From: a virus
Taxonomy: Duplodnaviria > Caudoviricetes
Reading direction: 5' to 3' (one strand)
IMG/VR virus record: IMGVR_UViG_3300027777_000122
Coordinates: 1 to 27,624 of that record
DNA: 27,624 bases
How positions within the stretch are numbered: the stretch's first letter is position 1; each line of letters opens with the position of its first letter. The translations under genes and the position numbers were made by a program. Shown here one piece after another: positions 14,519-21,971 of the stretch. A model generated the notes under the pieces. The model was not told the DNA's origin. It made no database searches and was given only the letters and a program-made list of their open reading frames with translations.

Positions 14519-14760
14519 TGCTCCGTTGGCCGCTTCCAACGGTTGCGGATCGCGTCGGCTACATCAGGGTGCGCATCCGCAAGCACCGCGCAGGCCTCGT
14601 TCTCAATGCCGATGGCGTGCCTGGTGGCCTGCACCGCCATGTCGATGATCTCGGCCTTTGCCAGAGCCAAGGCGGCATCAAATTCCTGCTGGGTGAAAAA
14701 TTTAACGTGGTTGTTTGCGCCCAGCAGTTGCCGGGCGAGGGGACTCAGTTCTTTTTCCAT
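14515..14760 (-). CDS. Hypothetical protein
   Basis: 81 aa with ENEACA...ADAIRNR, a motif common in small phage proteins. Confidence 0.75.
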   Translation of the reverse strand: MEKELSPLARQLLGANNHVKFFTQQEFDAALALAKAEIIDMAVQATRHAIGIENEACAVLADAHPDVADAIRNRWKRPTEH

Positions 14761-14763
14761 GAT

Positions 14764-14991
14764 TTATTCCTGACTTTGACCCATGACTCTTTGTTCCATC
14801 AGCTTATGCGAGCGCTTGAGGCCCGCATTCTCCGCTTTCAGCTCGTCCACCCTGGTGGTCAGGTACCTTATGCGGGCCTCAGCTTGCTTGATCCAGTCCG
14901 CGACATCGGCGGGCATGCGGTACTCCGCGACGGGCTCCACGGGGGCCGCAATGGCCCGTTTTGGCGACTTTACAGCCGGTTTGGTGCTCAT
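14764..14991 (-). CDS. Hypothetical coiled-coil protein
   Basis: 75 aa, YRMPADVADWI then heptad repeats; ATGA overlap, SD GGAGG. Confidence 0.75.
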   Translation of the reverse strand: MSTKPAVKSPKRAIAAPVEPVAEYRMPADVADWIKQAEARIRYLTTRVDELKAENAGLKRSHKLMEQRVMGQSQE

Positions 14992-15323
14992 GCCTCCACC
15001 TCCATGCCGTATTCGCCCTGTGGCACCGTTATGCGCGTGCTCATGGGCTGGAAAAAGTCGTCAATGGACTTGACGTAGGCTTCGTGCGCATAGACGTTGC
15101 CTTTAACGTCTGTCGACGTGTATATCCTGGCGTTGGCGATGTGGTACTGGCGGACGTACTCCGCCGTGCTGGAGTAGGCACCGTAGCGCGGGTAATTGCG
15201 GGACACGCCGCCTTGAGGCCGCACCTTCTTGTGCTTGCCGGTGAACTTGAGCACCTGCCCAAGAAAATCTTCGCGGTCGTCGCGGACGGTGTAGCGGGCT
15301 TTGCCCAAAGTGATTGTCTGCAT
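14988..15323 (-). CDS. Hypothetical protein
   Basis: 111 aa, SD AGGAG, coupled to the downstream gene. Confidence 0.75.
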   Translation of the reverse strand: MQTITLGKARYTVRDDREDFLGQVLKFTGKHKKVRPQGGVSRNYPRYGAYSSTAEYVRQYHIANARIYTSTDVKGNVYAHEAYVKSIDDFFQPMSTRITVPQGEYGMEVEA

Positions 15324-15334
15324 GGTCGTCTCCT

Positions 15335-15354
15335 AAAAATGCCCCCGAAGGGGC
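15335..15354 (-). terminator. Possible weak intrinsic terminator, C(UUCG)G hairpin
   Basis: GCCCC-TTCG-GGGGC-ATTTTT just after the stop at 15363. Confidence 0.5.
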
Positions 15355-15362
15355 GGGTTGGT

Positions 15363-15659
15363 TTAGCGTGATGTGGTCTTCACCGAGAAAACTGCGGTGG
15401 TGGCCGTGTGCTTGGCGATCAAATCTGCGGGAATGCCAAGCACCTTCGCTATGGCCTTCCAGTCGGTGACGCTGCGGTTTGCCTCAACCACCGTAACCTT
15501 GAAGAGGTTGCCCTCAAAGATCTTGACACCATCGGTCTTGACGGCGGTGTCCTTAATCTCGTCCTTGATCTTGTCGGCTTTGTCAGTCAGCTCCTTGATC
15601 TGGGCCAACAGAAATCCCAGGGTATCAACTTGGGTCAGGGCGATGTCGTTTGCGTTCAT
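15363..15659 (-). CDS. Hypothetical protein
   Basis: 98 aa, VDTLGFLLAQIKEL...FEGNLFKVTVVEANRSVTDWK; SD GGAG. Confidence 0.8.
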   Translation of the reverse strand: MNANDIALTQVDTLGFLLAQIKELTDKADKIKDEIKDTAVKTDGVKIFEGNLFKVTVVEANRSVTDWKAIAKVLGIPADLIAKHTATTAVFSVKTTSR

Positions 15660-15710
15660 GGTCAGCTCCGTGTGTGTGTGTCATCGCGACGTTGCGATGG
15701 GGAAAGTGTA
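15660..15710 (-). promoter_or_regulatory. Leftward promoter/leader cassette, copy 2
   Basis: TACACT (15705-15710)-N4-CCATCGCAAC-GT-CGCGATG-N11-CGGAGCT-N4-ATG, matching copy 1. Confidence 0.55.
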
Positions 15711-15739
15711 CAAGGGTTTTGTTGTAATTTACACCCGTC

Positions 15740-15935
15740 CAAAAATATTTTTTATTCTGTTGTTTTTTGCAGACAAACATCAAAAGCAACGCATCAGGCC
15801 TTGCAACAAGCAACACCCCCTAAAGGGGTGTGTTGCATCTGTTGCATTTGCAACAAGCAACAAGATGCAACTGTTGCAGTGCTGTTGCAGTTGTTGCACT
15901 GTTGTTTACGCATTTCTTTACAAGTTTGCATTTAA
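15740..15935. repeat. Candidate replication origin: clustered GCAAC/GTTGC repeats with an AT-rich flank
   Basis: 6 GCAAC and 5 GTTGC within 15786-15897, near-dyad GCAACACCCC-CTAAA-GGGGTGTGTTGC, AT-rich 15740-15770; lies directly after the primase-helicase stop. Confidence 0.6.
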
Positions 15936-17966
15936 TTACACTTTCCTGCCGTCTGGTATTGCCACATGTCCTTGGGCATTCTGGGCCAAAAAACCTTGCT
16001 TAACAAGCGTTTTCAGGCTGCGTCTGGCGGTCTGGGAACGAGTATCGCGGTCGTCTGTGTTGTTCCGATCCATCTTGCTGATGGCCGCCGCGACCAGTTC
16101 GTTGACGGTAAGGGGCCCCGGATTTAACGCCAAGATGGTAGTGGCCGTCTCCAGTACAAGGTTGTTCTTATCGCCCTTTGGGCCCTGCGACGCCGCCACA
16201 GATGCCCGGCTGCTGTCGGTGTAGTCCACCACGCACGTTGTCTCGTCGTCACCGTCCTCGTCCTTGCCCACCACCAGGGTGCGCAGCCTAAAACCATACT
16301 CAGCGCCGTCGGCCCCACCCTTCATCTTGGTGACAGTGGCCACACGGTCAGCGTCGGCCCGGATGATCTCAAACTCAAAGTCGCAGGCAGCCCGCAACCC
16401 TGACCAGCCCCGCGCGCCCCGGCTCTCGTCCTTGCCGCTGTGGTGTACAGGGGTGACCATGGCGCCCGTGAGCCGGGTGATCTCCTTGCAGTGGCCCATG
16501 ACCATGCCCATGTCCTCCCCGCTGTTCTCGTTGCCGCCCGGCATGACCTGGGCCAGCGTGTCGATGACTATTAAATCAAACTCGCCGTGTTTCTTGATCT
16601 GTTTGACCAAGGCCTTCACGTCGACCAGATTGCGCAGGTCAGGCGCGTCGCTGATGAATTTCATGTCCAGCTCCTCCGGCTGTATGCCCTGGGCCATGCA
16701 GTAGCCGTGGACGCGCTTGCGCATGTCCTCTTGGCCCTCGGCTGCGATCCACAGCACGCGGGCCTTGGTGGTCTTCTTGCCACGCCAGTCAACGCCGCGC
16801 GCGATGGCAGCGGCTAGGTCAAACACAAAGAAGCTCTTGCCGGAGCCACTGGCCCCGTAGAACACGCCGAAGTTAGCACGGGGTAGCACGCCCTTGATCA
16901 GCCAGGTGGCCTTGCGCCTGACGATGAACTCTACGGTGGTCTCTACGTTGAACCGGTTCTCATGGATAACGGCGGCGGCTGCAGCCTTTTTTGCGCTGGC
17001 GACCACCTCGGGGTCGGCAGACAGGTCATCGAACTCGAAGAGCACGTCGGTGGGCGTGGTGGCCTTGGGCTTGGCCTTCTGGCAGTGCTCTAGCCATAGG
17101 TACTGCAGCGCCCGGTCGGGGTCCTGGCGGCGGTGGGCCAAGGCTATGTCCATGACCGGCTGGCTAGACGCTAGGATGCTCAGGACCGTGGCGTCGTCGT
17201 AGCCCGCGCTGTAGAGGTGGACGCCCGCCGCGTGTAGCGCGCCGGATCTGTCCTGCACGTCGTCACTTGGGCCGTGCAGCAGCAGCTCGCGGGTGGCCTC
17301 GGGGATGGACATCTCGGCCACGTCAGGCAGCGCCAGCTCGCTGATCAGCTCGGGCATCTCGATGGGTATGACGTTGGCAGTGGGCAGGCTGGACTTGCGC
17401 ATGCCGTCGAACAGGGCCTGCAGCGCCTGGGGCTGGGCGGGCACCATGGGCCGGGCCAGCTTGGTGTCACCGGTGATGGTGAGGAAGCGCGGCGTGTGGC
17501 CGCTGTACACCTCAATGCCGATGTCGTGGTTGTTCCAGTCGGTATGGAACTCGCCTAGGGCTAGGATGCGCAGCCCGTTGCCGCTGGGGCTGATCTCGGT
17601 GTAACTGCCCATGGTCTCCACGATGGCCTTGGCCCACGGCGCGATCTGGCCGTCCTGTCGGCACTCGTCTAGGTCAATGCCCACCACGCCGGTGAGGCCG
17701 GTCAGGACCAGCCCAAGGCCCGAGTAGCGCGTGGGGTTGAGGGACAGGACTTTGGCAGCGGTGTCGAAATCTCCCCACTCAGAGACCTTCTTGGTGGACA
17801 GGCCGTAGTGCTGGGGGCTGCAGGGGATCTTGTCGTATTTCTGGCGGGACTCGTTCCAGATTGCTTTCCAGACCGCCCACCGGCGCATGGCCTTTAGCTC
17901 TGGAGGGATGTTGGCGCCGTTGAATACCCTGCCGATTGGGGGTAGCTTTGGTGTTGGTTGGGGCAT
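15936..17966 (-). CDS. Primase-polymerase (AEP, NrS-1-like) fused to an AAA_25/RepA-like helicase
   Basis: VGIDLD, YTEISPSGNGLR, IEVYS..RFLTITG, DRSG helical domain; Walker A GASGSGKS, Walker B LIVIDT, HHSGKD..RGARGWS. Confidence 0.88.
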   Translation of the reverse strand: MPQPTPKLPPIGRVFNGANIPPELKAMRRWAVWKAIWNESRQKYDKIPCSPQHYGLSTKKVSEWGDFDTAAKVLSLNPTRYSGLGLVLTGLTGVVGIDLDECRQDGQIAPWAKAIVETMGSYTEISPSGNGLRILALGEFHTDWNNHDIGIEVYSGHTPRFLTITGDTKLARPMVPAQPQALQALFDGMRKSSLPTANVIPIEMPELISELALPDVAEMSIPEATRELLLHGPSDDVQDRSGALHAAGVHLYSAGYDDATVLSILASSQPVMDIALAHRRQDPDRALQYLWLEHCQKAKPKATTPTDVLFEFDDLSADPEVVASAKKAAAAAVIHENRFNVETTVEFIVRRKATWLIKGVLPRANFGVFYGASGSGKSFFVFDLAAAIARGVDWRGKKTTKARVLWIAAEGQEDMRKRVHGYCMAQGIQPEELDMKFISDAPDLRNLVDVKALVKQIKKHGEFDLIVIDTLAQVMPGGNENSGEDMGMVMGHCKEITRLTGAMVTPVHHSGKDESRGARGWSGLRAACDFEFEIIRADADRVATVTKMKGGADGAEYGFRLRTLVVGKDEDGDDETTCVVDYTDSSRASVAASQGPKGDKNNLVLETATTILALNPGPLTVNELVAAAISKMDRNNTDDRDTRSQTARRSLKTLVKQGFLAQNAQGHVAIPDGRKV

Positions 17967-18070
17967 TTGCTATCCATGTGTGCTATCCAGATAAGGAACA
18001 ACGGCGGGCCTGGATAAGGTGCGTTCGGGCGCGTGATCAGCGCGCCCTAGCCGGGTTCTCAGTCAGTGTA
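17967..18070 (-). promoter_or_regulatory. Structured leader upstream of the primase-helicase gene
   Basis: TACACT (18065-18070), hairpin GGGCGCG-CTGATCA-CGCGCCC, and TATCCA complementary to two downstream TGGATA copies next to the start codon. Confidence 0.45.
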
Positions 18071-18286
18071 TCAGAACGCCTCTAGCGGGGACAGCAGCTC
18101 GCGCAGCTTGGGACTGACCAGCAGCACGCGGGGGATGCCCGTGGCCTGCTCGATCTCCACCACGCGCTCGGGCGGCGCGTAGCCCCTGCGTAGCCACGAG
18201 CTGATGTTCTGCTGGCTGCACCCGAGCAGGTCGGCCAGCTTGGCCTGGCTGCCCGCCGCATAGCACGCCTGCTCTATGCCAGTCAT
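18071..18286 (-). CDS. Cro/YdaS-like HTH regulator (71 aa)
   Basis: GSQAKLADLLGCSQQNISSW...PPERVVEIEQATG; start ATG 18286 overlaps the upstream stop (ATGA). Confidence 0.85.
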   Translation of the reverse strand: MTGIEQACYAAGSQAKLADLLGCSQQNISSWLRRGYAPPERVVEIEQATGIPRVLLVSPKLRELLSPLEAF

Positions 18287-18546
18287 GCGGCGGCCTTGTT
18301 GCGCGAGCTGTTGGCCATGGTGAGCACAGCGCGTTTGTACATGGTATGGGGCACGGACAGCGGAGTGTCGACGAACACGCGCGCTCTCAGATCCACAGGC
18401 GTTATGTTGAAGCACTCGGGGTACTGCTCACGCAGGCCGCGCAGGAAGAACTCCAGCGGCTTGTTCTCCTGCGCATAGTTTTTACCCTCGCTCACGTCGC
18501 TAAGGTCGCGCAGGGTTTGGCGTTGGATGTCATTGAGTAATATCAT
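18283..18546 (-). CDS. Hypothetical protein
   Basis: 87 aa, ATGA-coupled on both sides. Confidence 0.7.
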   Translation of the reverse strand: MILLNDIQRQTLRDLSDVSEGKNYAQENKPLEFFLRGLREQYPECFNITPVDLRARVFVDTPLSVPHTMYKRAVLTMANSSRNKAAA

Positions 18547-18785
18547 TTGGTTCTTTCGGGTTTAGGGCAATTTTCGGGGGGCACTACGACACACCAGACG
18601 GCTTCCGGTGGGACGCTCGGGTTTTCTGCGCAAAGCCATCGGTCTATGTAGGCATCGGGCATCTTACGCAGTGCAACTTGGATAGTTTTTCTATCCATTT
18701 TCAGCGTGTCGCTTATCTCTTTCGTTGTTAATCCATCATCTTTTAACCTCAACAAGTCGCGTATTATTGGGTGATAGGTCGTCAC
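18543..18785 (-). CDS. Putative winged-HTH DNA-binding protein
   Basis: IRDLLR...DGLTTKEISDTL...MPDAYIDRW...AVWCVV.PPENCPKP. Confidence 0.65.
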   Translation of the reverse strand: MTTYHPIIRDLLRLKDDGLTTKEISDTLKMDRKTIQVALRKMPDAYIDRWLCAENPSVPPEAVWCVVVPPENCPKPERTK

Positions 18786-18979
18786 TTAATATCTTCTTTC
18801 TCGGTATTGCGCTTCGGTAGCGGCAGCCAACCAAGGCACCAAGTAGCATTCCAGTACCCCGTGGTACAAATACCACCTTTGGATAATAAAAGCACTTTAG
18901 TATCTAGGGGTGCTGGCGGGTCGCCAGCATGGGGGTAAAGAAACTCCTGTCCGCCAGCGAAGTAGCGCTGCTCAGTCAT
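18782..18979 (-). CDS. Small hypothetical protein (DUF551-like C-terminus)
   Basis: KVLLLSKGG..TTGYW...GWLPLP. Confidence 0.65.
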   Translation of the reverse strand: MTEQRYFAGGQEFLYPHAGDPPAPLDTKVLLLSKGGICTTGYWNATWCLGWLPLPKRNTEKEDIK

Positions 18980-19185
18980 GTGTTCTTCCTTGGATCAAAA
19001 CCTTTGTTGCTACTTGCCAAAGCGTAAGAATCGTGCAACTGACGTAGCACGGCGCAGAATTTCTCACGCTCGGCTGCTGCGATAACTCGTGCAAATGCAA
19101 TCTCTCTTTCGGTAAAACCGCCGGTATAGAACGTATTTGCAAGTTCCAACAATTCATTGCGTGTCAATGTTTCGTCTTTATCCAT
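18976..19185 (-). CDS. Hypothetical protein (69 aa)
   Basis: MDKDETLTRNELLELA...FARVIAAAEREKFC; start ATG 19185 after SD AAGGAG. Confidence 0.7.
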   Translation of the reverse strand: MDKDETLTRNELLELANTFYTGGFTEREIAFARVIAAAEREKFCAVLRQLHDSYALASSNKGFDPRKNT

Positions 19186-19456
19186 TGTTCTTCTCCTTGA
19201 GCTTGGCTTGAATTGCATCTGCAAAACACTGAACGCTATCATGCGAGGGGCAATTTTTAGCAGCATACGAATGCGCATCTTGCGCTTCCTTTTCCGTCAG
19301 CCCTACCCACGGGCGCCCTCGCTCGTAGTCTGGGCCTTGTTTCAATACCAAGCCACCAACAACGTCAATCAGCCGCTTGATTTCAGCCACCAGCGCTGCT
19401 GTTGTTTCCCTGTCCACCGGAATCAGGGCTCCGGACATTAGCCATTCTTCTTTCAT
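19178..19456 (-). CDS. Small protein, WVGLT-motif family (copy 1)
   Basis: RPWVGLTEKE...FADAIQAKLKEKN. Confidence 0.7.
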   Translation of the reverse strand: MKEEWLMSGALIPVDRETTAALVAEIKRLIDVVGGLVLKQGPDYERGRPWVGLTEKEAQDAHSYAAKNCPSHDSVQCFADAIQAKLKEKNNG

Positions 19457-20006
19457 AATGTTCCGTCCTGTTCTGTTCGTTCGTTATTAAGTTCCCACCC
19501 AAGAATGACATTCTTCTCCCTCAAGGCTCGCTCAATAGCTCGGGCATAAGTTCTTCTGACAATGTAACCTGGAGACGTAGAGTTAATCTCCTCATCCGTC
19601 AGCCCTACCCACGGTCGGGGTTGTGGGGTGGTGTAGAGTGGCCGAACTTTTGCATGGCTACCTTTTAGCGCCGCCATCTCCTGTGCTTCCGCTTGCGTAA
19701 AGAACAGGTCGTGCAAGTTTCCCTCAAATACACCCCACGCCACAGGCTCCTGCGCTGGCTGCTCCAAGGTTGATTTGATGGTAAATGGGGCAATTTTCAT
19801 TCCCCTTAGCCCGTGTCCCATGCTGGCAGCATATTTCAAAGCCTCAAGCGTTATTGCTTCGTCTTTAGTCATGTGTTTTTCTCCTTGAGTTTGACTTCGA
19901 TCAATTTTGCAACTTCACCGGCAACCTCATCGGGGCGTTGACCAAACCATGCGTGGTCTTTGTTGACGATGTTCATCCACTCAACATCCGTCAGCCCTAC
20001 CCACGG
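19293..20006. repeat. Dispersed 20-nt exact direct repeat, three copies
   Basis: TCCGTCAGCCCTACCCACGG at 19293-19312, 19595-19614 and 19987-20006. Confidence 0.9.
19453..19872 (-). CDS. Small protein, WVGLT-motif family (copy 2)
   Basis: MTKDEA...QPAQEPVAW...PLYTTP.RPWVGLTDEE...ARAIERALREKN. Confidence 0.75.
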   Translation of the reverse strand: MTKDEAITLEALKYAASMGHGLRGMKIAPFTIKSTLEQPAQEPVAWGVFEGNLHDLFFTQAEAQEMAALKGSHAKVRPLYTTPQPRPWVGLTDEEINSTSPGYIVRRTYARAIERALREKNVILGWELNNERTEQDGTL

Positions 20007-20207
20007 GCGCTTTTTCTTTCCATCGTAAAGCCCGCTCATGTAAGCAATCGTTAACTCGTCCGGCTCCGGCTCCGGCTCCTGCGTTGGCTGTGCTAGGGCA
20101 TCCTTATACCCAACGTCGTAACCTTGTGTAAACGCTCTGCAAGCTTCAGGATAATGTGTGCGTGCATATTCTTTCATTGCAATGCAAAATGCTTCGTCTT
20201 TAGTCAT
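19869..20207 (-). CDS. Small protein, WVGLT-motif family (copy 3)
   Basis: MTKDEA...ALAQPTQEPEPEP...RPWVGLTDVE...IEVKLKEKN. Confidence 0.75.
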   Translation of the reverse strand: MTKDEAFCIAMKEYARTHYPEACRAFTQGYDVGYKDALAQPTQEPEPEPDELTIAYMSGLYDGKKKRPWVGLTDVEWMNIVNKDHAWFGQRPDEVAGEVAKLIEVKLKEKNT

Positions 20208-20458
20208 CAGAACCCCCTGCTTTTAATGTGCAGATGATCGTTCGCGCCGGGGCGCACGTACTCGTTCCTCGGTGGCGTATAAACTTCTCTTGCCCACAAG
20301 CTCATCTGTGGTGGCGGTACCGCGTCCGGCGGTTTGACCGATGGCCGAAAGCCAGTGCGCTCTTTGATGTGGGCCTTGTCACCCGTCGTAAATGCAAACG
20401 AGCCAAGCCCGGTTGGCTCGTTGACCTTCAAGTTGGGGTTTCCTGCTGCTAATTTCAT
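20207..20458 (-). CDS. Hypothetical protein
   Basis: 83 aa, C-terminal RPGANDHLHIKSRG. Confidence 0.7.
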   Translation of the reverse strand: MKLAAGNPNLKVNEPTGLGSFAFTTGDKAHIKERTGFRPSVKPPDAVPPPQMSLWAREVYTPPRNEYVRPGANDHLHIKSRGF

Positions 20459-20550
20459 ATCAATGCGTCCTCATGGTTGTCAGGGTTGAACTTCACCGGC
20501 GGTGTTTTGGTGGGCACCGGCATTGGGTGGGGTGGGAAGGGCCAAGTCAC
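20455..20550 (-). CDS. Proline-rich microprotein (31 aa)
   Basis: Hand translation MTWPFPPHPMPVPTKTPPVKFNPDNHEDALI; GTGA and ATGA overlaps on either side. Confidence 0.55.
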   Translation of the reverse strand: MTWPFPPHPMPVPTKTPPVKFNPDNHEDALI

Positions 20551-20717
20551 ACAACTTCCTCTGTCTGTTGGAATTTAAGTGCCCGTGCAAAAAAGTGTGC
20601 CCGTTCGTAGGCGTGATCTCCGTGAAAAGATTCTTCGCATTTCCAATTAAAGTGATACCAACGCTTACTTTCAACCGTCCAATACCCATGCGGGTTAAAT
20701 CGTAGTCGTACCCTCAT
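20547..20717 (-). CDS. Hypothetical protein (56 aa)
   Basis: Hand translation MRVRLRFNPHGYWTVESKRWYHFNWK...; 4-nt overlaps on both sides. Confidence 0.65.
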   Translation of the reverse strand: MRVRLRFNPHGYWTVESKRWYHFNWKCEESFHGDHAYERAHFFARALKFQQTEEVV

Positions 20718-20857
20718 TTCAAAACCCTATCAACCAGATCAGGCCTGCAGGTGTGCTCTTTTATCAGAGGGATGGACGCGTATAAGTACCCGACGCAGAA
20801 CATCAGCAAGGCGAAGAAGCCAAGGAAAGCTAGGAAGGAGATAGCCGTTTTTATCAT
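20714..20857 (-). CDS. Small membrane protein (47 aa)
   Basis: Hand translation MIKTAISFLAFLGFFALLMFCVGYLYASIPLIKEHTCRPDLVDRVLK; one hydrophobic helix; ATGA overlaps. Confidence 0.6.
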   Translation of the reverse strand: MIKTAISFLAFLGFFALLMFCVGYLYASIPLIKEHTCRPDLVDRVLK

Positions 20858-21042
20858 TTCACATCCCCAAATAGGTATTCCTCAAGCCGGGCGATGCGGG
20901 TCTGGTTGTAGGTAACTACGCTATGGGCATAGTCTACGGCGGTCTGCGCTGACAGCAACTCCAAACGAGCCTCGGTCAGCTCGGCAGCGGCCCACTCCAA
21001 GTTGGTGGGTTTAGCCAGTAGTCTTTTCAGGATGTTAATCAT
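20854..21042 (-). CDS. Hypothetical protein (62 aa), first gene of the leftward operon
   Basis: MINILKRLLAKPT...YNQTRIARLEEYL; SD GAGG before ATG 21042. Confidence 0.7.
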   Translation of the reverse strand: MINILKRLLAKPTNLEWAAAELTEARLELLSAQTAVDYAHSVVTYNQTRIARLEEYLFGDVK

Positions 21043-21088
21043 GTGTGTATAGCCTCGGTTTACAGCAGCAAGATCGCTGCCGGAACGA

Positions 21089-21167
21089 ATCATACAACAG
21101 CTTTTTGTATTTCACAACAAATTTTTTTTAAAAAGTTACAGCAAAGCCTAAAAAAGCCATGTATGAT
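21089..21167. promoter_or_regulatory. Divergent promoter region
   Basis: Leftward sigma70-like TTGTGA (21117-21112)-17 bp-TATGAT (21094-21089); rightward TATGAT at 21162-21167; AT-rich tract between them; coincides with the strand switch. Confidence 0.65.
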
Positions 21168-21211
21168 CGCCACGACAACGATTTGGTTGTTGCTTAATTG
21201 GAGATACATAC

Positions 21212-21562
21212 ATGAGCCTTGAACAAGATATGCGCGACTTGAAAAACGCGCTGCAAGAATTGACAAAAGCAATCCGGGGCTTGCCCCCACAAAGCACAAC
21301 CTTGCCGCCCGCAGAGGTGGTGCTCCCAAAGCCAGAAATCATCCCGGATGTAGCTACCCCTACTGCGACTGCTAGTGGATCTGTGGCAGAGCCTGTGCCC
21401 TCGTTGACGATTGACTACGCCCAGGTGGCCAAGGCCATCACGGACACTTTTAAGGTGGACCGGGCTAAGACCATCGAGGCGCTGGCCAAGTTCGGCGCGG
21501 CCAAGGGCCCCCAGCTCAAGGTCGAGGACTACGCGGCCTTCCTGAAGGAGCTGTCAGCATGA
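21212..21562 (+). CDS. Hypothetical protein leading the DUF2800-PolA module
   Basis: N-terminal coiled coil, Pro/Ala/Thr linker, C-terminal LAKFGA..PQLKVEDYAAFL; SD GGAG. Confidence 0.75.
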   Translation: MSLEQDMRDLKNALQELTKAIRGLPPQSTTLPPAEVVLPKPEIIPDVATPTATASGSVAEPVPSLTIDYAQVAKAITDTFKVDRAKTIEALAKFGAAKGPQLKVEDYAAFLKELSA

Positions 21563-21786
21563 GCACCAACGACAAAGGCGGCCCAGCATTCCCCGTGCAT
21601 CCAGATATGGCGAGTCAGTTAGGTTGCATACCCAGCGCATCAGACGCAGGCATGAGCCTGCGTGACTACTTTGCCGCCGCTGCGTTGCAAGGCTTATTGG
21701 CTAATTCTGGCCACGTAGCGGCGGCAAATATCTACATAAAACTATCTTATGACGTTGCCGACAAAATGCTGGAGGCACGCAAATGA
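21559..21786 (+). CDS. Small phage protein, GGPAFP...GMSLRDYFAA family
   Basis: GGPAFP, GMSLRDYFAAAALQG, YDVADKMLEAR. Confidence 0.8.
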   Translation: MSTNDKGGPAFPVHPDMASQLGCIPSASDAGMSLRDYFAAAALQGLLANSGHVAAANIYIKLSYDVADKMLEARK

Positions 21787-21971
21787 GCACCGTGATTATC
21801 ACCATCGTTGACAACTTGAGCGATCCTAACGTGGTGGACATCAAGTGGGAAGTAATTGACGGCGAGGTTGGCGGAACAGCCCAAGCGTTGGGAGGGCATC
21901 TTATTAAGCACCTTGAGTCCATCCGAACTACCACCGCCGATGCGGTTACCGACGTGGAGCCCAAGGAGTGA
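21783..21971 (+). CDS. Hypothetical protein
   Basis: 62 aa, coupled overlaps, SD GGAGG. Confidence 0.7.
   Translation: MSTVIITIVDNLSDPNVVDIKWEVIDGEVGGTAQALGGHLIKHLESIRTTTADAVTDVEPKE

Noticed and set aside
15373-16224. 283-aa and 175-aa plus-strand ORFs crossing the origin-like repeats
   Set aside because: Antisense to two real genes; the Cys/Gln-rich content is simply the translation of the GCAAC repeats.
19293-20006. 20-nt repeats as a CRISPR array or DGR template/variable repeats
   Set aside because: Spacing is 300-400 nt and the repeats are in-frame coding; no reverse transcriptase in the window and no adenine-specific variation.
20061-20078. (GGCTCC)3 tandem repeat as a phase-variation tract
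   Set aside because: A 6-nt unit preserves frame (EPEPEP); likely simple slippage.
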